From an uncultured Planctomycetota bacterium (GTDB lineage: Bacteria; Planctomycetota; Planctomycetia; Gemmatales; Gemmataceae): a stretch of DNA of 64,000 nt. Shown piece by piece: positions 56,701-64,000 of this stretch. Where the stretch lies: positions 704,001-768,000 of the forward strand of contig CAWKHF010000012.1 of the NCBI GenBank assembly GCA_963849325.1, in the 5' to 3' direction. Made by a program: the position numbers and the translations under genes. The notes under the pieces were generated by a model. It was not told the DNA's origin. It was given only the letters and a program-made list of their open reading frames with translations, and did not search any database. Positions within the stretch are counted from its first letter, which is position 1; every line of letters starts with the position of its first letter.

Positions 56701-59700
56701 ATGGCCGATCCATTCCGTCCCGAGTACTTGATCCGTCTGCCGTTGCCGTTGGCCCAGCTCTACCACCGGGCCGGCATCGACTACTCTCCGCGCAGCCGGC
56801 ACAACAATACCTATTATCTGTTCGAGGCCCTGATCCGGCTGGGCGTGGCCGTGGAGATCGCCGCTTACCGGCAGGAGATCCAGGAGGGAACGGCGCGCGA
56901 GCCGAGGTTGTCGGAAAAATTGGATCGTCTGCGGAGACCGTCGCCGGGCGATTGGCTCAGTCTGCTGCGCGAGTTGGCCCGTCATTTCGCGCAGCGGCCC
57001 GATGCCGCCTCCCATCCCCTGGGCCATCTCGCCGAGCAGCTGCAACGACCCCGCAAAGACCTGTCCGCGGTCCTCGACCTGTATCGCCGCATCAAGAACG
57101 GCGTGGATGGCGAGCCGGGCGGCGATCAGAGTTGCTCGCTGCTGCAAGTGCTGGACGCACTGGTTCGCTACCGCAACGACGTCTTCGGCCACGGCAGCGA
57201 GCGTTTCGAGTCGTTTTACGACCGCGACATGGGACCGCTCTTGTCGCCGGCCGCGACGGAGGTGCTGGCCGAGAGCGTGCTCGATCTGCTGGGACCACCC
57301 GGCTCGCGGTTGGTCTACCTGGCGGAGGTGCGCACGCTGGCCGACGGCCGGCGCGAGCTGCGCCTGTACGAATTGACCGGCCTGTCCGGCATGCCTTCGC
57401 CGCCGGCGATCGCGCCGCCGGAGCCGGAGGCGGGCATACGGCCCGGCCGGATCGGCGTCCTCTGGCCGGGTCGATCGCTGCCCGTCTTCCTCGATCCGCT
57501 GCTCCAGGGAACGTGGGGCGAGGACAGTGCCGAGGTCCGCTTCCTCAACTCCGATCACCAGGGTAAGCACATCAAGTATCTGAGTTATCGCTCCGGCGAG
57601 ACCAGCATGGACGCGGCCCACGTCCAGGAGTTGGCGGAGTTATTGGCCGTCGTGACCGGCGGAACGGCCGGCGCGGCGCCGGCCGAGGCCGAGCCGGCCC
57701 GGAGTCTACGGCGCGAATACGAACCGCTGGGCGAGATCGGCCGGGGCGGCATGGGAGTCGTCTACCTGGCGCGGCAGTTGTCCCTGGGGAGGGCCGTGGC
57801 GCTGAAGACGCTTCTGCCCGAGCGCCGGCGACCGGCACGCCTTGAGCCGCTTTCGCAACGAGATTCGGGCGCTGGCACGCTGCGAGCATCCCAACATCGT
57901 GCGCGTGCTGGACACGATGGCCCTGCCCGACGGACAGACGTACTACAGCATGGAATACGTACCGGGCTGCGACCTTGAGCGCGTCTGGCAGGAGTTGAAG
58001 GTCGAGGATGGCTCGGCCGATTCCCGAGCGACGCAGCTGAGCGCGCACGACGCTGGTGCGGGCGGCCCACTCCGCCGCCCTACGGCAGCGAGAGGAGATG
58101 CTCCACCGCCACGGCCGGGCCGCGGTCCTGAAGCCGGAAGAGCCGCCGCGGCCCGCGCCGCCGGTCTTGCCTCTGCCGCCCCTGCCCGAATTGCCCGCGC
58201 TCTCGGGCGATGCCGGCGGATACGTCCGCTATCTCGTGCAGCTCATGCGCGACGCCGCCCTGGCCCTGCATGCGGTCCACGCCAAGGGCATCGTTCACCG
58301 CGACGTCAAGCCGGCCAATCTGATGCTGACGGCCGACGGACAGCGTGTCGTGCTCATGGACTTCGGATTGGCCAAGGGCGGCAGCCTGTCCGCGGGAACG
58401 ACCGAGGCGGGCGGACTGATGGGCACACTCCGCTACGCCGCCCCCGAACAGCTCGCCGCCGGCAAACAGGAGGTTGGCCCCGCCGCTGACGTTCGCGGCC
58501 TGGGCGTCACCTTCTGGGAGCTGCTCACGCGCCGACGGCTGTTCGCCGAGGCCCGCGACGAGGCGGAGCTGGCCGAGAAGGTGTTGCGCCAGGACGTGCC
58601 GCCGCTTCGCACCATCGACGCCGATTTCCACCCGGACCTGGAGACGATTCTGGTCCGCGCCACCGAGCGTCATCCCGACGACCGCATCGCCACCGCCGGC
58701 AAGCTGGCCGAGTATTTGCAACTCTATCTCGATCACAAACACCTGCCCCTGCGGCGACGGACGCGGCTGGAACGTCTGCACGGCTGGGTGCGCGACCACG
58801 GCAAGGCCATCGCCGCCGTCGCCGCCGCCGTCGCGGTGACCGTGCTGCTCACCACCTTCATCGTCCACTGGCTGACCCCGCTCCCTCCGCCGCCCGACCC
58901 GCCTCCGAAGACCGATCCGGCGCTTCAGAGGGCGGAGATGCTGGAACGGACGGGCCTGCGAAAACTCGAAGAAAACGAGCTGCCCGCCTCCTTGCTGTAT
59001 CTCACCGAAGCGTTGAAGCTCCAGGTCTTCGAGAAGGGCCGAAACGAGCTGGACCGCCTTCGCGTCGCCTCGATCCTGCGCCAGTGTCCGCAGCCGGTGG
59101 AAGTCTGGGCGCATGACAAGCCGATCAACTGGATCGAATTCAGCCCTGACGGCACGCTGGCGGTGACGGCCAGCGACGATGGGACGGCCCGCGTCTGGAA
59201 GGTGGACACGGGCGAACCGATGTTCGCGGAACCCCTGCGCCACGACGGGCCGGTACGGCACGCTGCTTTCAGCCCCGACGGCAGCCAAATCGTCACGGCT
59301 AGTTTCGACAAAACGGCCCGCGTCTGGCACGCGGCCACGGGCAGGCCGCTCGGCGGGCCGCTCCTCCATGCCATGCCGTTGCATCATGCCGCCTTCAGTC
59401 CCGATGGACAGAGCATCGCCACGGCCAGCGGATACACTCTTCCCGTGATGCGCACGGTGAACAAGCAGGTTCCCGACGGTCAGGGTGGGTTCAAGATAAT
59501 CCAGGAGGCACGGCCCGAGTACGGAGAGGAAGGCCCGCCCTCGGCGAATAGCCCGGAGTGGCACGGCGAGGCGCGCGTGTGGAAGCTCTTCTCGGGCGAT
59601 CCGGTGCTCCTGCGGCACCGCTACAAGGTGCGGAAGGTTCTGTTCGCGCCGGACGGGCGACAACTGTTGTCGATCGGCGGGTGGCGCCCCGGAGAGGCCC

Positions 59701-62391
59701 AACCCATGCCGGCGCCGGAAGCGCCGCCGGCGCCAGTCTCGGGCCCTTACGATTCGGACGAACCTCCTCGTCCCCCCTTCAAGTCGTTGAAGGGGCCATT
59801 GGGGGAAAGAGTCGTGGAGTTGTGGGATCTCGCTACGGGTAAGACCGAGCCGTTGACCACGGGCACAAGAGATCTGGTAGCGCGGATGGGCACGGTTTTT
59901 CATTGCGCCTTCGACACGGACAGGCGGCTGCAAATTACGACGGACGGCGGTTCGTGGCTCGTGACCTTGGGCGCGGACAAGCAGGTCGTCGGCCCGCTGA
60001 ACACCGAGAAGCCGCGGTGGGCGTCCTGGAGTCGGGATGGGCAGCGGCTGGCCGTGGGCACTGGGACCGTGGCGGAGGTCTGGGACACGATGACCCTCCA
60101 CCCGGTGGCGCCGGCGCGCAGCCCGGAGGTGGACCTGGATACGGCCCTCGTTCAGAGCGGCAGGGGAGTCAATCCCTTCCCCGTCCTCTCGCGGCTCGGC
60201 GTCGAACGGCCCAGGCCGAGGGAACTTCGCCACGGCCGCGGCATCGCCATCACCGAGGGGCTGTTCAGCCCCGACGGACGCTGGGTGATCACGGCCGGCG
60301 ACGATCGCAAAGTGCGTCTCTGGGACGCGGTCGGCGGCCGAACGATTGCCCCGGCCTTTCCGCTCCCCGCCAACGTCCGCCGCGTCGCCTGCAGTCCCGA
60401 CGGCCGCTATCTCTTGCTGGCGACGGTGGACCACCGGGCCTGGCTGTGGGACTGCGCCGGCGGTCTACCGGAGGCCCGGCGGCTCCCTTTCGACCGGCCT
60501 TTCCAGAGGTGGTTTGATCTTAATCCTCCTCGGTTCCATGAACAGGCGCGGCGTGTGTCCGCGCTCTTCCAGTCCCAGCCGGGTCCAGGCGGGGGGATGC
60601 CACCCCTGATCGCCAGCGTGTGGGACGCGAACACGGGAACCCTTGTCCGTCCCTCGCTGACGCTGGACGGGCAGGCGCAGGACGCCGTTTTCAGCGCGGA
60701 CGGGGCTTCGCTGGCGGTGGCCGGCGCGGACGGATGGGTACGGATCTGGGACGTGGCCAAGGGAGAGGTTGTGCGTTCGCGGCGGTACGAGGGCGGCGTC
60801 GGCCGTGTCGCCTTTAGTGGAAATGGACGGCATTTGCTCCGCATCGTTCACCCAGCCGGTCAGACGGAAGGCAAGGCGGAGGCCCACGTCTGGGACTGGG
60901 ACCGGGACGAGTCGCGGTCGGTCCCTCTCCGTGGCCGAGGGCCGGTCCTGCTCAGCCCCGACGGCTCGCACCTGGCCGTCGCTCCGGCCGGCTCGCCGCT
61001 GGAGGTGTGGGAGGTAGCGACAGGCCGGCCCATTCCCCTACACGAGCCGCCCTCCAAACCGGAGACCCGCTTCCTGGCGTTCAGCGGGGATGGCCGCCTC
61101 TTGCTGGCGGTCGGCAAGGACCGGACGGCGGACTTGTGGGACCTGGATACGGGCGAAGTGCGGAACAAGGATAACCCCATCACCCACGGCGAGTCCATTG
61201 TCCGCGCCGAGTTCAGCAAGGACAACCGTTACCTGCTGACGGCCAGCGCCCGCACGCTGCCTCCCGGCGAGAGACCGACGGCGGAGAACCAGGGCGAGGG
61301 CGAGGCCCGCGTTTGGGACGCCGTCACCGGCAAGGCGGTGAGCAAACTCCTCCGACACAATGGGCCGGTCCATTGCGCGTCGTTCAGTGCCGACGGACGT
61401 TTCGTCCTCACCGTCTGCGCCAACTATGACCTGTCGCGGGATGAAGTGCGCCTGTGGCGATCCGTCAGCGGCGAGCCGGTAACACCCGTCCTGCCGTGCC
61501 CCGGCGCTTGCTCCGACGCCCTGCTGACACCTGACGGCGACCGCATGGAGACGGTGGATTCCTCCGGCATCCTCCACGAATGGCCGCTGCGCGGAGTTGG
61601 GTCCGGTCTCGGAGGTCGCACAACTCGCGGAGATCCTGTCGGGCACGCGCCTGGACGCCACGGATACGGCGGTCGAACTCGACGCCGCCGGCTGGTATCG
61701 GTCCTGGCAGACGCTGCGCCCCTCCCCCGGCCCGCGCAGCCGCGGACCCGTGGAGGCGGAAGTCAAAGCCTGGCACGCCGAGGCGCTGGACTATTGCCGT
61801 TGGGCCAAACAATGGCGCCCGGCCGCCGCCCACCTCGACTACCAAATCCAACACGGCGAGGACAGCTCGCAACAGCGCCACGAGCTGGCCTTGGCGCAGC
61901 TCCTGGCCGATGACGAGGCCGCCTACCGACGAACGTGCGAGGCGACCCTGGAGCGCTTCGGCAACTCCACGAAGCCGGAGGACTGGGCGCGGGTCGTGCG
62001 CACCTGGGTCTTGAGGCCGGTCCCGAAGGAGCGACAGGAACAACTCGTGAGGTTGGCGGAACGGGCTGCGAGTCGCCAGGAAACGGAATGCACGCCACAC
62101 CACGTACTCGGCGCCGCCCTGTACCGAGCCGGACGGTTCCGCGAGGCCATCGCGGAACTGAAGCGCACCGAAGAACTGTGCCAGCGAAGTCCGTATCCCT
62201 GGGATTGGCTTTTCCTGGCCCTGGCGCACGACCAGCTGGGCGAAAAAACGGAAGCCGGAGAAGCGCGGAAGAAAGTCACGAATAGCGAACCGTCCGGCGT
62301 TCGCCGGCTCGATCTGTCGGAGTCGCTGGAAGTACAGATCCTCCGCCGCGAAGCGTTCGTCATGCCTCCGACAGTTCCGCCGCCGCCCTGA
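56701..62391 (+). CDS. Multidomain Ser/Thr protein kinase with HEPN-like N-terminus, TM helix, WD40 repeats and TPRs (frameshifts)
   Basis: GRGGMGVVY, VALK, HPNIV, HRDVKPAN, DFG and YAAPE motifs; many FSPDG WD40 repeats; C-terminal LGAALYRAG TPR. Confidence 0.88.
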
Positions 62392-62469
62392 GCGTTCCTT
62401 CTCCCTCCGCCGCCGTCATCTGCTACAATGCCGCCGGCTGTATCTCTCGAATGAAAGGCGGGGCCAACC

Positions 62470-64000
62470 GTGAGACGTGCGATCCTCGTTGCGGCCGTCG
62501 TGGCGGCCCTCCTGACACGCGGGGCTTTTTCTTCGGTGACGACCGTGAAGGCCGACGAAGGCATGTGGCTGCTCAACGCTCCGCCACGTCCGTACCTCCA
62601 GGACAAACATGGCTTCGAACTCACCGACGAATGGCTGGAACGCGCCCAGAAAGCGTCGGTGCGATTCAACAACGGCGGCTCCGGCGGCTTCGTCTCCACC
62701 GACGGCCTGATCGTCACCAATCACCACATCGGCGCCGACTGTCTGCAAAAGCTCAGCCCCAAGGACAAGGACTACCTCCGCGACGGCTATTACGCCGCCG
62801 CGCGCGACCAGGAATTGCGTTGTCCCGACCTGGAGCTGAACGTCTTGCAATCCATCGAGGACGTGACGGCCCGCGTCAACGAGGCGGTCAAGCCGGACAG
62901 GACGCCGGCCCAGGCGTTCGCCGCCCGCCGCGCCGTCATGGCCACCATCGAGAAGGAATCGTTCGAGAAGACCAGGCTGCGCAGCGACGTGGTGACCCTC
63001 TACCAGGGCGGCCAATATCACCTTTATCGCTATAAGAAATACACCGACGTTCGTCTGGTCTTCGCCCCCGAGCAGGCCATCGCCTTCTTCGGCGGCGACG
63101 CGGACAATTTCGAGTATCCGCGCTTCAACCTCGACGTCTGCTTCTTCCGCGCCTACGAGGACGGCAAACCGGCCCGCCCGTCGCACTTCTTCCGCTGGAG
63201 CCGGAGTGGGCCGGAGGAGGGGATCTCGTCTTCGTCCTCGGCCATCCCGGCTCGACCAATCGCCTAGACACATTGGCCAAACTGCTGCACCGCCGCGACG
63301 TAACGTTGCCGTACTGGCTCAACCGTCTGCGCTCCCAGGAGGCGCTGCTGCTCCAGTTCTCAGGCCACGGGCCGGAGCAGGCGCGGATGGCGCGGAAGGA
63401 CTGGCACCGCGTCGCCAATGCCCGCAAGGCCGTCGGCGGCCAGTACCAGGGATTGCTCGACCCCGCCATCATCCGCCGCAAGACGGACGACGAATTGTCC
63501 CTGCTGGCCGCCGTCAAGCTCAAGGGCGACGCCGCCAAGCACAAGGCGCTCGAGGACGCCCTGGCCCGCGTCGCGGAGGCGGAGAAGACGTTCGCCGCCT
63601 TCGAGCGCGAATACTATCTGCTGGAGCGCGGCGATGCCTTCGACTCGGAACTGTTCCACATCGCCCGCCATCTGGTGCGCCTGGCCGCGGAGCTGCCCAA
63701 ACCAAACGCCGAACGGCTGCGCGAGTACCGCGATTCAGCCCTGGATTCGCTGAAGTTCCAGCTCTTTTCGCCGGCCCCAATCCACCCGGAGTTGGAGAAG
63801 GCCCGCCTCGCCAACGCGCTGACCTTCCTCGTCGAGAACCTCGGCGGCGCGCACCCGCTGGTCGTCAAGGTACTCGGCGAGCGTTCGCCGTCAGTCCGCG
63901 CGGCCGAACTGATCGACGGGTGCAAGCTGATCGACCCCGCCGAGCGCCGCCGCCTCGCCGACGGCGGCGCCAAGGCCGTCGAGGATTCGACCGATGCCTT
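62470..64000 (+). CDS. S46-family dipeptidyl peptidase (frameshift; runs off right edge)
   Basis: ADEGMW, SGGFVS..GLIVTNHH, DVRLVFAP and FGGDADNFEYPR motifs. Confidence 0.9.

Overview
High-GC bacterial DNA, most consistent with a planctomycete of the Gemmataceae type. The evidence for this is a YTV/Cys-rich protein, Uma2 endonucleases, PEP-CTERM proteins, a giant TPR-CHAT protein, a kinase-WD40 protein and sulfatases; this is inference, not a database result. Many conserved genes (valS, cimA, nadB, aceE, the Cu-ATPase) are split by single-base frameshifts, which most likely are long-read consensus errors, so they are reported as joined CDSs. The housekeeping backbone is valS, cimA, nadB, a Cu-ATPase, nucleotide-sugar enzymes, aceE-aceF-lpdA, lptF/G and an S46 peptidase. 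Main accessory features: (1) a complete lasso peptide gene cluster at 4.3-8.8 kb, with two precursors whose leaders carry Val instead of the near-invariant Thr(-2) and whose Gly-rich cores differ by one ring residue, a fused RRE-peptidase B, a cyclase C and an ATPase-less 6TM membrane protein; (2) an 89-bp TAA-flanked miniature inverted-repeat element in three copies, two of which bracket the lasso B gene; (3) an integrase-less integron-like cassette array at 32.8-34.0 kb with a Pc-like promoter, an attI-like site and attC sites; (4) an unannotated Ile/Val leader-peptide attenuator upstream of cimA; (5) a Ser/Thr kinase-WD40-TPR protein with a HEPN-like N-terminal motif; (6) a MazF/PemK toxin-antitoxin pair inside the PDH operon; (7) a near-identical tandem PEP-CTERM gene duplication; (8) several REP-like palindrome families.
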